Positions 14,421 through 26,882 of a stretch of DNA of 63,484 bases are shown piece by piece. Position 1 is the first letter of the stretch, and every line of letters starts with the position of its first letter. The notes under the pieces were generated by a model. That model saw only the letters and a list, made by a program, of their open reading frames with translations. It had not been told where the DNA came from and did no database searches. The stretch covers positions 49,404,588 to 49,468,071 of the forward strand of contig JBOZIK010000001.1 in the NCBI GenBank assembly GCA_051453625.1, given 5' to 3'. The DNA is from Welwitschia mirabilis (lineage: Eukaryota). Made by a program: the position numbers and the translations under genes.

Positions 14421-14869
14421 CTGAAGGGTGGCAATTGGTGAGCTAGTGATGGATGAAACTTGACCACAATATTCTTCATCATCTTTTTCTTTAAGATGCT
14501 TCGTTGTCTTTTTTTTCAAGATGTTACATCGTCTTTTTTCTTATGATACCTTATAATCTTTTTCCTTCTTCCAAATGATCATGTGGCTATCCTTGAAACT
14601 ATTCATAACTATCCATTGATGCTCTACCATTCTAGCATTCTTTTCTTATTTTATATAGGATAGCCATGTGAAGTACTTTCTTCAAAATCCCCAAAAACCA
14701 ATTCATTTTAACTGTAAATTCCTCCTAATCCTTTTCTTTAGCTCTTAACATCATAAATTGGTTAATTTGAGCATTAAACCTATTAAATATATATGAGAAA
14801 ACACTTCGAACCATCATCAAATATGACCAATTTAGGCATGCAACACCCTTGCCACTAAATGTTTAGAAA

Positions 14870-15099
14870 TCCATCTTGATTTCATGCTAGTTTTCATAGA
14901 TCAGTGCTACAATGTCGAAATCATGTGTAAAGTCTACTATAGCACCATTGTAATGAATAGTCTAGGGTTTTCTCATTATAAAAACCTTATTTTTTGATCC
15001 TTATACTCTAAACTCCATGGGAAGTAGGTTATGGAGTTAGGTGGTAATCTTTGATGCTGGGTAATAAAGCTCTACAAAAAGGGTANNNNNNNNNNTTTT

Positions 15100-15133
<34 letters not shown>

Positions 15134-16695
15134 TTCAAACCTTTACTGTAAAGGTCATTTGATCTAAGCTTTTTACTATATTTACCCCCAAAGATTATGA
15201 ATTACTTAGGGTTTGGGAAAGTAACTAGTTAGTTGAAATAGATCATATTCTTTAGCTATGTTTTTTCAAAACCCGTAATAGTATGAAAATGAAAATAGAG
15301 GGGAATCTATTTTAGGTGATCTTATTATTATTGGTCTTATGAAGCCATAATTGATGCCCTAGATTTTGCATCATTAACTAGGATTTAATGGATTCTCATG
15401 CTTCTTTAGATAGAATATTACCTATTCTACATAACCTTATCCTTAATTCTAGCCTTTACATTAATGGATTTTCTATCGATTATCTTATTCCATCTGATAT
15501 ACCTCTTATCCATTACATTATGTCTGACATCCTAAGTACTACACATAGATTTCATGCCTTCCTTAATATATTACAGCACTTCAATTATTTAGGAAAGGTC
15601 ATTCTCCTCATGTTCTTTATCTTATATTTAGTTATGTTTGTTATGATTGTTCTTATCAGTGTCTTTTACCATAACTTCATCCTTTATCATTTGAAATGTT
15701 ATTATCCACTGGTATCATAACTTTCATATGCATAGTTATATTTGTTACTCTTTCTCCTTTCCTACTAATTTTGAATATCTTTGGGTAATAGAGAGATATT
15801 ATGATCATGAATAGTAGTAACCTAGATCTCTGCCTAAGTAGTTTGTTTTTCCTTTATCTAGGATTGATGAGTGCTTAGATATGATTAAGCGTGAGATGCA
15901 AAGGTAGTCCCATTCTATTCATAGCTTAACTTCTGTTCTTTTTGTGATGACTTGATTTTTCTCCCATAAACATGGATTGAGATAAGAAATAAAATTAGCT
16001 CAACATGATCTTGAACATTTTGTCACCATTTTGGAGCATGAATACTATGATGGAGATAATAGTAACCCTTCTCCTCTTTGATATTGTCTTATTTCTTAGC
16101 TCATATATGTTTATAGTATAGTAAAATCCTTTAGCTTTACTATCTTTATCAGTATTTTATATGTATTTGGTAGTTGATCATTTTATATATGTTGGTTTAT
16201 GTTTATCATGTGTGAAATCTAATGTGATTTACTATCCTTATGTCGCACTATATTATAATATGATATTTTGGGTATGTATATTATCTACCTTACATCCAGG
16301 TTTTTTTATTTTGCAAAATTAATAAAAATCAATGAAAGATTTTATTTACCTTTTAGAATAATAAATTAAAATTTAAATTATCTAATGTTTCTACATTATA
16401 CTCATTATCTCCTATTAGACATATTATTATACTCTTGATTGTTGATGTTGTTATTTATAGGACCAAACTTTAAGATTACAACCATTTTCATAGAGCTGTT
16501 GACATATAGATTACTAGTGTAGGCAAGGTAAATGATGCACTTCCTCATCATCAGATGAAATGATAAGTATCACCAAGTACTTTGATAACAAGTCTAATAT
16601 CACACCCTTTAGGGCAACATCTAGATTAATATTAGGATTCCTCCCTCTAATTGTCATCACTTGCATAAGATGTATCAAGAGACTATTTGAGGATG
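14870..16695 (+). mobile_element. 3' internal region (ORF2/env-like remnant + PPT) of an Athila-like element
   Basis: Colinear homology with 24870-26882. ORF 15388-15720 MDSHASLDRILPIL matches ORF 25437-25823 MNSHASLDRVSPIL. It ends in the PPT-like tttgaggatg before an LTR start. Confidence 0.65.
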
Positions 16696-19600
16696 TGATG
16701 AAGCCTAATTTTTGACAAAATAAGGTATTAATAGTTATAAATTTTTATTATTTTAGAATTGTAATACTTAAAGGTATTTTTGTAACTTTTAAGAGACCAA
16801 AGACTTAGAGTTTAGATGAATTTAAAATGATGCATCTGGATTCATTTTAAGGTGACTCATGATGATCACAACTAGGACTTCAAGATCTAAGGTAAAAATG
16901 TGGAGCATGGAAAATTCCATCAATATGTCATCCCTAGAGATGACTCATAGTCCCTTTTTCCATTACCAGCTTTCATTCCTTTGTTCATGTGACAAGTCTA
17001 ATTCACTTTGACACTAGATGAACAACATTAGAGCATAGTATAACATTAATTCCTTCAAAGTTTACATTCTATGTGTTATAATTTAGTCATTTCTAGTTAT
17101 TTTTTGAGTCAAATGTAATGTTTTCATATAATATTAGTTATGAGAAATAAAATTGATTTAATTTACGTTTTTGGAATTTTTTGTAGTTACACAGTAACTA
17201 CCTGGGGCATTATATCTCCATTTTCTAGTGTAAATTAACACTATAGTGTCATACAATTATTTACAAGTTCTAATGAAAATCACATGATAAAATTTGCAAG
17301 TTATGAAACTTCCCTTACCTAAAACTGACCTCGTTACATTTGTAAATATCTTTTCCCTTAATGTTAAAATGAATATCAATGATAGCAAATGCATATCCAA
17401 GCCACGTAAATGCTATCAAACTCATTTTATGATTTGAAAGAGATTTTTAACCACATTTCTTACTCATTTTTTTTCAAGTTGACCTTTTCTCTATAACAGC
17501 TTTAGAAGTTTTTTATATTCTTCATTCTAATTCATTGTAGCAACATACATTGATTTTCATCCACTTATGTTCCCTTATAATACATTTTTTATCTTCATAT
17601 CCTTTGTTTCTATCCAATGGACATTATGAGGTGATGAAGTACGCATGAATGGATGGTATAGGAGGAGAAGAAGGCATCAAATCCTATAAGTTTTTAGATT
17701 GAAAAACAATGGAAAGGGATGTGATTCGATTTAAAACCAAGAATTGATCTTCTCTCTTAAGTTTTTATGGTTATGTTTACATGGTTTATTCATTTTTATT
17801 TTACATTTATTTTATTTCAATTAGACTTCTTGTAGCATGTTGCATATTTAGTACTAATGGGATTTCTATACATCTAATATGTATCATAACATTCTCTGCT
17901 TTTACATAGTTGGTGAATCTATGTTAAGAGAAGCATGTGTTTTATCTATCTTCTCTCTTCTTTCATCCATTCTTTTTATTTCTTCTACTACCATTTTCTC
18001 AAAATTCCATCTTTATTCTTAAGCATGGAATAATGAATTATTCTTTTTTCCCTTTTAATGGAATAAATATAAATTCAGCCTAATCAAAATTCAGCCTCTA
18101 AAATTCCATTTGTGGCAAGTTATAGTTGATGTTGCAATTTTACTTTAAAATGTTTTCAAATCTATGAAGTCTTAACGTTTTTAGTTCTTGCATAGTGAAT
18201 TTTTTTAGTCATTATTACCTTTTTTCTAAAACTTAAGATCTAATCTTGTAATAGTTTTAGAGCAATTTCAGAATATGAAATCCATGTTCTATTAGGTTCT
18301 CTATTTTTTTAATATTTGTGAGCAAAATAAGGTTGATTGTAATTTTTGTAAATTTTTCTAAATAATCTATTTCTTATTGGTTTCAATAAATTTTGCCTGA
18401 TATTGAATGTTTTATTCTAGAAACTTGTTTTAGAATATATTCTAATTACTTTAAAGGTTTTGAAAAGTTCTAAGTCCATTTTCTCAAGTTCCTTTTCTCT
18501 ATTTCACTTTTTCCTCTTTCTTCCAAGGACAATGTCATGAAATTTACTAAATTTTACTTTAATAAAATAAGCATCTAGATGATGATTTTTAATCAATTAC
18601 TAATTGCTTGATAATATAGATTATATGTTACATCATATTTATAACTCATTTCAATCCTAATTAAGAGTTATCTTTGAATTCAAATGCACTTAAGATTAGT
18701 GAAAATATTATTAAAGTCAAATAGCTTGCTATGTTAGTTTTAATAACTATGTCTTTAAAGTGTTACCTTTGATTCTAGCTTATTGTACAATTAGTTTAGA
18801 ATGGAATAAGAAGATTAGTATAATTGTTTTTACTTAACAATGACTTAAATAAGATTGACTATTTTAACTCTCTTAATCATTTATTTGAGTTATAGATTCT
18901 CTTTAAAATAATAGTGAATATTTACCAAAGATTATTGATTTCTTATTTATTGCATTTATCTTCTCATATTTTCAAAATTTATCTTTTCACACATGTAATT
19001 CCTAAGGTTTGTTATATGTTATGTGTTGTAATTATGTGAATGTCAACAAAGAATAGTTGTTTTATTATATAAAGTAATAATTTCATAAGATAATGTGTAA
19101 TATTTTCTTAAAATTCATGTTTTATGTTTATACCCTGAGTTAAATTATTATAAGTACATAATTCTTTTTGTAAAGGATTAGAGAATGATCTCCCCATTTT
19201 AAAAATTGAGTTTTCACTTCAATCACCATGTCATATGTTACATTACTTTTATAACTCATTTCAAGTATAACTAAGAGTTATCTTTAAAGTCAAATACATT
19301 AAAATTTAGTGAAAATATTATTAAGGTCAAATGATTGGCTATGTTAATTTTAAAAATCATGTTTTCAAAGTGTTATCTTTTGGTTATAAGTTGATACATA
19401 GTTAGTATAAAATAAAAGAGGACTTTTGAGTGACTCATACATATCCATTTTACATTATCTCGAGTAGTCAACTTTTCAAGAAAGATTATTTTCACATACC
19501 AATGACTTAAGTTAGTTTTGATTGCTTTAAATCTTATTATTATTCATTTGAGTTATGAATGCTCTTTACAGTAGTAGTGAATGTTTATCAACATTTATTT

Positions 19601-20058
19601 TTTTCTTATTTATTATATTTTTATTTTTACATCTCATGCAATTAAATGTTTCACATATGTAATTCTTAAATTTTATTGTATGTCATATGTTGTGGTTACA
19701 TGAATGTCACTTGTATCTAATACTAATGAATAGTTATTTTATTATGTAAATCAGTAGTTTGATAAGACTAACATATAATATTTTTTGAAAGATTATATGA
19801 TTTTATCATGTAAAGTAATAATTTAATAAGATAAAATGTAATAGTTTTCTTAAGATTATATACTAAATACATTGGTTTGATACTTGCATGCTTTTGTTAT
19901 ATATCTAATTTGACTTAGCTGATTTACTTGTGCTTTATTTTAAATTATTTATACTTTCTTTTCCTTGACTTAATTTATTATGTTAAGTACATAATTCATT
20001 TCATAAAGGCTTGGAATGTGATCTCCTCATTTCAAAAATTGAGTTTTCTCTTCAATTA
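16696..20058 (+). repeat. Athila-like LTR (left), with tandemly duplicated 3' end
   Basis: Homologous to 26883-29655. Segment ~18620-19225 is repeated at ~19230-20058, and each copy ends gagttttc(a/t)cttcaat(c/t)a. Confidence 0.7.
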
Positions 20059-20444
20059 AAATGTGCATCATTCCTGAGGACTTATGATTTCTATATGAAA
20101 TATTGTATTTATTTTTTTGAATAGACATACACTTAATGAAGGTTGTTTTGTTTTTAAGTGTTTTTTTGTATTACAAATCCATAAACAAACTTGTGAGCAT
20201 TACACTACTTTAGCAAGACTTGAAAGTATACATGTTCAAACTTTACTTTCTTTTCATGCATCTCTTTTTATTTTTTTCTACATAATAGATCTATGAATAG
20301 ATCTTCAATTCATGTTTAGAAATGTCTAGAAATATTACATAGTTCTAAACCTTCATCTTCAAATCATCCTCCTTCATATGCATTTTACCATAACTTTTTG
20401 AAGATTTTGACCACCTTGCAAAAACTTTAGACACTCCTTCCAAA

Positions 20445-23400
20445 TGGCCACTCGAGATAGTAATGCTCAAAATTTTGATTCTCAACCTCCTCTTGGGTGA
20501 GTTTTTGAAGGTTGTAAAATTAATTATTCTATATCTTTCGCCTTTGATAATTCTATTTCTATCAAAAATATTCAGGATTTTCTACTTTTCATAGTTTGAA
20601 TCATGAGGATCCTTATGAATTTTCCAAATAACTTGCTCTAGGTTGTAAGATTACATCTCAAGCTCATTCTAACATAGCCAAACTATAAATTCTTCCTCTT
20701 CTTTTAAAGGCCAGGACTAGAGACTGGCTTAGCCTTACAAGAAATAATGAGTATCTTTCAAATCTTGCAAAATTTAAAGAAGCATTCATTAAGAAATTTC
20801 TTTCTATAGATAGTATTAACCAAATGAGAAAACTTATTAGTAGCTTCAAACGAACTACTAACAAATGTTACTTTCAAACTTTTGAGCAGTATAAAGACCT
20901 TATTAAAAATCCCGACCATGACTTTAGTGTATAGAGATAAGTTCAATTTCTCTTAGAAGGCCTAAATTAAAAAAATAAAAAAAAAAGGATAGAAACATTA
21001 ACCAATGATGAGTTACTAGATGCTACACCTAATGAAGGTTGGAGGGACTTGGAAAAAATGGTAAACGCAACTTGTAGCTAGAAAAATGTTCAAATTAACT
21101 ATCTTAGAAATAAAGTTATATTCAATGATCTTTTGGATAAGATAAATCAAATAAAAAATTAGCTAAGAAAGTTGAAATTATCTCTATTCAATTAGAAAAT
21201 CTTAATATAGAATAAGAGAAATTATGAAGAAATCTAACTCAAACTTTGGCAAGTTCATCAATTTATGAGTTGTGTCAAATAAAGAATCATAATATAAAGA
21301 TGTGTTAAAATTTCAAGGCCTATCAAAATGTTTTACAACAACATCATTTATTTGAATCTTATGCTTTTAACCAAAACTATCATGCTAATATGCCATTTGA
21401 AAAGTATACCAATCCACAAAGAAACAAATTTTATCAAAATCAAAATACATATCATTCTTAATCTCAGTGATGACAACCTAAACCATGATCTATTTCTTTA
21501 CCTTGGCAAAATAAATTAAAAGAAATAATGAAACTATCAATACATTAAAGGGCACAAGTAGGAGAAATTCTTAACTTTATGTTCCAAAAATTAACTAAGA
21601 AGGATATTCATCCAAGTTTACCATCTCAATTAACTTCTAATCCAAAATCAACTTGTACAGTAGAAGAACACACCAACGTAAATGTCATCAAATTGAAAAG
21701 TGAAAAAATTATTTGAGAACCTAATCCTAAAACTAGAGAATTTAAAATTCAAAAACTTAATAGAAAATCTTGAATCTAAATCTAGGAAGAAATTTCAAAA
21801 GAGAAAATTAGAATATTATGTTCCTTTCCCTAGTTATCTTTAATCTAATAAAGATATCCATAAAAGCTTTTAGGATGTAAACATTAATCTTCCTCTTTTT
21901 GATGTAATTAATAAAATTACTACTTATGTTAAATTTCATAAATATTTAGGCACTTAAAAAAGAAAGATTCAATCATCCAAAAAAATAGTTAACCTTATGG
22001 TTTCTACTACATGCCTTTTGTAATCCAAAATACTAGTGAAATATACTGATCTTAGATTTCCTACCCTTACTATTACTATTAGAGATCATATAATTCATAA
22101 GTCCTTTGTAGATTTAGGATTTGAATTTGATCTTATATTAGAACCTATTTTTCAAGTCCTAGAATTTACCTATGTTGACCCCCCTGATGTAATTCTTACT
22201 ATGGCTGATGGAACTTAAGTGAAACCCTGAGGAATATTAAAATTTAGTAAACCCATAGGAATCTTAAAATCTATTTTCATTCAAATAGTAAATCTATTTA
22301 TCCTATCGACTTTGTAATTCTTAAAGTACTAAAGGATTTAAAGAGTTATTCCATCATTCTTGATCAACCTTGGCTTGCAAATGCTAAGATGAAATTAACT
22401 ATAGATTTGGTACATTAAAAACTATTTTTGCTAATATTTCTATTACATTAAATGTGTTTTTGAATTGAAAGATCTTAATTATGATTCTAATGAAATGAAA
22501 ACTTCCAGATCTTTTAATAATATCTTTACTACTAATAATGCTATTAACAATTATTTAACTAACAATGTTACTAATAAGGATTTAAAACCACAACCTTATT
22601 ATTTTAAAATACATCTTCTTAGGTAGTAATCAAACTAAATCTGTTATCATTAATATGCATTTTACTCCTTTTCAAGAATAAGAACTCCTCAACTTATTAA
22701 TTTAAAACTCTCAATCCTTTGCTTAGTATTCTTATGATCTAATTGGAGTTCACCCTTCTATTTGTTCACATCATATCTATTTAAAATGTAACATAAAACC
22801 TATTTGTCAGATTAAATACAAAGCTTAGGGTATTGTTAAAGAAGAAATTATGAAGCTTTAGGAAGCTAACATCATTTACCTCATTATAGATAATGAATGG
22901 ATCACCCCTTTGTAAGTTCTCCTAAAGAAGTATGGTATATGAAAAATAATCACTTTTGTATTTTTTTTCATTCCTGAGATCCAAACTTTCTGGGCATCAT
23001 GACTATTATTTTCTATATGGATATAATAATTATAATCAAATTCCTATATCTCTAGAAGATCAAGGAAAAATGACTTTTACTTATCCATTTAGAACTTTTA
23101 CTTACCATTGCATGTTTTTCTATTTATGTAATGCTTTTTCAACATCTCGAAGGTGTATGATGGGGTTTTTTGTTGAATTCTTAAATGAATTTTTAGAGAT
23201 CTTAATGGATGATTTTTCTCTTTATGGTAATTCTTTTGACCAAACAACATGTCATTTAAAGTTAATCTCGAATTGTTATATTGATTATAATCTTAAACTT
23301 AGTTAGGATAAAAGTTATTTAATATCCACTAGATATATTGTTCTAGGTCATATTATTTATAAGGAAGGAATAGATATGGATCCTAAAAAGATTAGTAGTA

Positions 23401-24450
23401 CTCATTCTCTACTCATCCTAACTTGTGTAAAACATATAAGAACTTCCTTAGGACATGTTGGTTTTTATTGCCATTTTATTTCATCTTTTAGTTCCCTTAG
23501 TAAATCTTTGATTGAATTTCTTCTTAAATATGTATATTCCTCTTAGACATCTAATTGTGAAATTGCATTTCAAGGATTTAAACAACTTTTATTATATTTG
23601 CTTATTCTTTAAGCTCCTAATTCATATTTTTCTTTTAAGGTGATGATTGATTCAAGTCATTTCATAAGAGATCTAGTCTTAGATCAAACTGTTAATCATA
23701 AACCTTATGTCATTTCTTATACTAACAAGACTTTACATCATATGCAACTTAACTATTTAACTACTAAAAAGGAGATGTTAGGTGTTATTTTTTATCTTAA
23801 AAAATTTCACCACTATCTTATTGGTTATTTTGTGATTATCTTTACTAATCATGCTGCTTTAAAATATGTTCTAAATTAGCTCTTAATTAAACTTTAACTT
23901 ATGCATTAGGATTTCCTTATGCAAGAAATTGATATCACCATTAAAGATAGCATAGAAGGGCTTATTAGTAACTCACAAAATACCCATTGATATCATCCCC
24001 TTCAAACTTGATTTTGGTAAATAATTATTCCTACATACTAAGATAGAATATCAAGCTTTTAATGGTGTTCATAAACTTGATTTTGATTTTTAAAAAATGT
24101 GTAGAACATAGAACAAATCAATTAAATAAACTAGATGAAATTAGATTAAATGCTTATGATAACCAAGTTCTTGCTAAAAAAAGAATAAAATATTATCATG
24201 ATCAAATCATTCATAGGAAAAAAGAATTAAAGTAGGCAATAAGGTTTTGTTTTTCAATTCATGTTTTCATTTATTTCTTGAAAAATTAAAAGTCAAATGG
24301 GAAGGACCTTTAATGTTATTCATGTATTTCCTTTTGAAAGAATTTACATTTAAGATCCAAACACTAATCACATTCAAAAAGTGAATTTATCTAAACTCAA
24401 TTATTCATTGATCAAAATTTAAATCAGGTTGAGATCTATTTTGACTCATC
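20445..24450 (+). pseudogene. Athila-like gag-pol pseudogene (gag, protease, RT, RNase H, partial integrase)
   Basis: gag TFHSLNHEDPYEF at ~20584. Protease SFVDLGFEFDLI. RT YYFLYGYNNYNQIPI..DQGKMTFTYPF..LCNA..ILMDDF (22956-23306). RNase H LNYLTTKKEMLGVIF (23640-23879). Integrase C-terminus LNKLDEIRLNAYDN at ~24122 and KLKVKWEGP at ~24283. The integrase core appears deleted. Confidence 0.88.
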
Positions 24451-26882
24451 TTTTAAATGTAAATGAAGAAAAATTTAAAAAACCAAATGATTTGAAATTT
24501 TTATTTCTATTCTTGCCTTATTTCAATAACACTTGAAACTGTTGATACTTCTTGGATGACAAAATAAGAGCTACAAGTCTCATGTAGTCACATTCAGGAG
24601 GGATGTTGGCTTTAGGAAGAATCTACATCTATTTGTTTTCTAAAATTTGGCAACCAATCAAGGGGAAAAAGAGAGAGAGAAAGAGAGAGAGAGATCTTCC
24701 TTTCTATCCTTAGGTTTTCTTTTTGTTTCAATAAATTTTGATCAAGATGTGTATTTTTCACCTTGAATTCCTAGTTTTCATCCTAGCTAAATGGTATAAC
24801 TAGCCATAAGATTAGTTTTATCGTTACTTTATCATTTTTAGGACTCCTATTACTAAATTATTAGGAATTAAATCTTAATTACATGTTAATTTTGTTAATT
24901 TAGCACTGCAATACCAAAATCACACTTAATTTGGCATTGCAATGCAACTATATTAAATGGTCTAGAATTTCTCTTCTATAAAAACCTCATTTATGGCCCT
25001 CAGAGTTCATTTCTACTTAACATGTCATGGAAAGTAAGTTGTGAAGTCATATAGTGCTCTTGAAAGTTGAATAATGAAGCTCTACCAAAATAATGTTGAT
25101 TCCTATTTTAACCATTTTCTCTTCTTTTCTTTTTATCCCTCTACTTATCTATTATTTTTTTTTTAGACTTTTGTTGTAGAGATTATTTTCTTTATACTCT
25201 TTACTATTTTTACCCTTAAAGATGATGAATTAGTTAGGGCTTGTGTAAATGGTTGATTAGTTAACCTTGATCATGGTTCTTACTCTAGTGAGATTGTAGC
25301 TATGTTTTTCTAAAACCTTCAGTATGACAAAGAAGAAAACATAAGGAAATCTATTCTAATTGATCTTACTATTCATTGGTCCCCTAGAGATGTAATCAGT
25401 GCCTTAGATTTAAATTTCTGCTTTAGTAACTAGGAATTGATGAATTCACATGCTTCTTTAGATAGGGTGTCACCTATTCTAAATGATCGTAATCTTAATT
25501 TCAGCCTTTATACCAATGGTTTTTCTATTAATCGTCTTAGGTCATTCAATGTACCTCTTACACATTACATTATGTCCAATATCCTAAGTACTAACATATA
25601 TTCCACATTTTTCCTATCTATTGTAAAATCCTTAGTCATTAGGCAAGCAATGCTCCTTTTATCCTTCATCTTATATTTTCTCATATTTTACACAATGGTT
25701 CTTATCAATGTTTTATTATCATCCCCTTACCCTTTCCCATTTAGAAGGTTATTACCCACTAGCATCCTAATATTTATAGGCTCACTCTTATTCATTACCC
25801 TTCCCTTTTTCCCACTAATTTAGAGAGATTCATAAGGCAAAGAGATTTTATAATCATTAGTAGCAGTAGCTAGACCTCAACTTGAGTAGTGCAGTTTTTC
25901 CTTAGCTAGAATTGATAAGAACTTAGATAGGATTGAGGCTGAGGTACATAGGTAGTGTGATTTTATTCATAGCTTGACTTCTACCTTTTGTTCTATCTCT
26001 TAGTTCTTCTCTCATAGACANNNNNNNNNNNNNNNNNNNNNNNNNNNNNNNNNNNNNNNNNNNNNNNNNNNNNNNNNNNNNNNNNNNNNNNNNNNNNNNN
26101 NNNNNNNNNNNNNNNNNNNNNNNNNNNNNNNNNNNNNNNNNNNNNNNNNNNNNNNNNNNNNNNNNNNNNNNNNNNNNNNNNNNNNNNNNNNNNNNNNNNN
26201 NNNNNNNNNNNNNNNNNNNNNNNNNNNNNNNNNNNNNNNNNNNNNNNNNNNNNNNNNNNNNNNNNNNNNNNNNNNNNNNNNNNNNNNNNNNNNNNNNNNN
26301 NNNNNNNNNNNNNNNNNNNNNNNNNNNNNNNNNNNNNNNNNNNNNNNNNNNNNNNNNNNNNNNNNNNNNNNNNNNNTAGCCTTTAGCATGAATACCATAG
26401 TGTAGATTATAGTGGACCTTCTTCTCCTTATTATGTCCTTACTTCTTAGCTCATACATGTCTGTATTAAAGTGAAAGAATTTTCGATTCACTCCCATCTT
26501 TATTAGTATTGTACATATATGTGATGCTTGATCATCTTCGTATATGTCGGAGTACATTTTTCATGTGCAAAATCTATGTGATTCATTATATTTTTATAGC
26601 ACTTTATTATGATGTGATATTTTGGATGTGCTTTATATTACTTAGCTTGTGTGCTTATTTTTCTTTACAATTTGTAAATTTAATAAGAAATCAATGAAAT
26701 TTTTATTGTGCTTTATATTACTTTGCTCTCTTTTTAAAATAGTGAATGAAATTTAACATTAGGTGTTTCGATAATAAGTTTAATACCACATGCTACAGAA
26801 AAACATCTAGATTCTTAGCAAGATTCACTGCTCTTATCATCGTCACTTGCATGAAATGTACAAGGAGACTAGTTGGGGAGTG

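Larger units (their letters stand above)
9030..14870 (-). mobile_element. Degenerate Ty3/Gypsy (Athila/Tat-like) element with two ~1.1-1.5 kb LTR copies and a gag remnant
   Basis: Direct repeats at ~9030-10113 and ~13335-14845 share tttatcaacttgttatca, agaatacactttatt, gtgagctagtgatggatga and atatgaccaattt. Both begin TGTT on the minus strand after a purine tract (tagtggggg / tagtggcaaggg). A decayed PBS-like ttttaggtgccaatagtagga lies at 13314-13334. ORF 12452-12649 GSLATQNSIN...KYDIIELSD resembles Athila gag (G.LPSQ...AITLRSG). Confidence 0.55.

Noticed and set aside
15388-15720. Hydrophobic ORFs 15388-15720 and 25437-25823 as a host membrane-protein gene pair
   Set aside because: Both sit at the ORF2/env-like position of Athila copies just before the PPT, so they are TE remnants.
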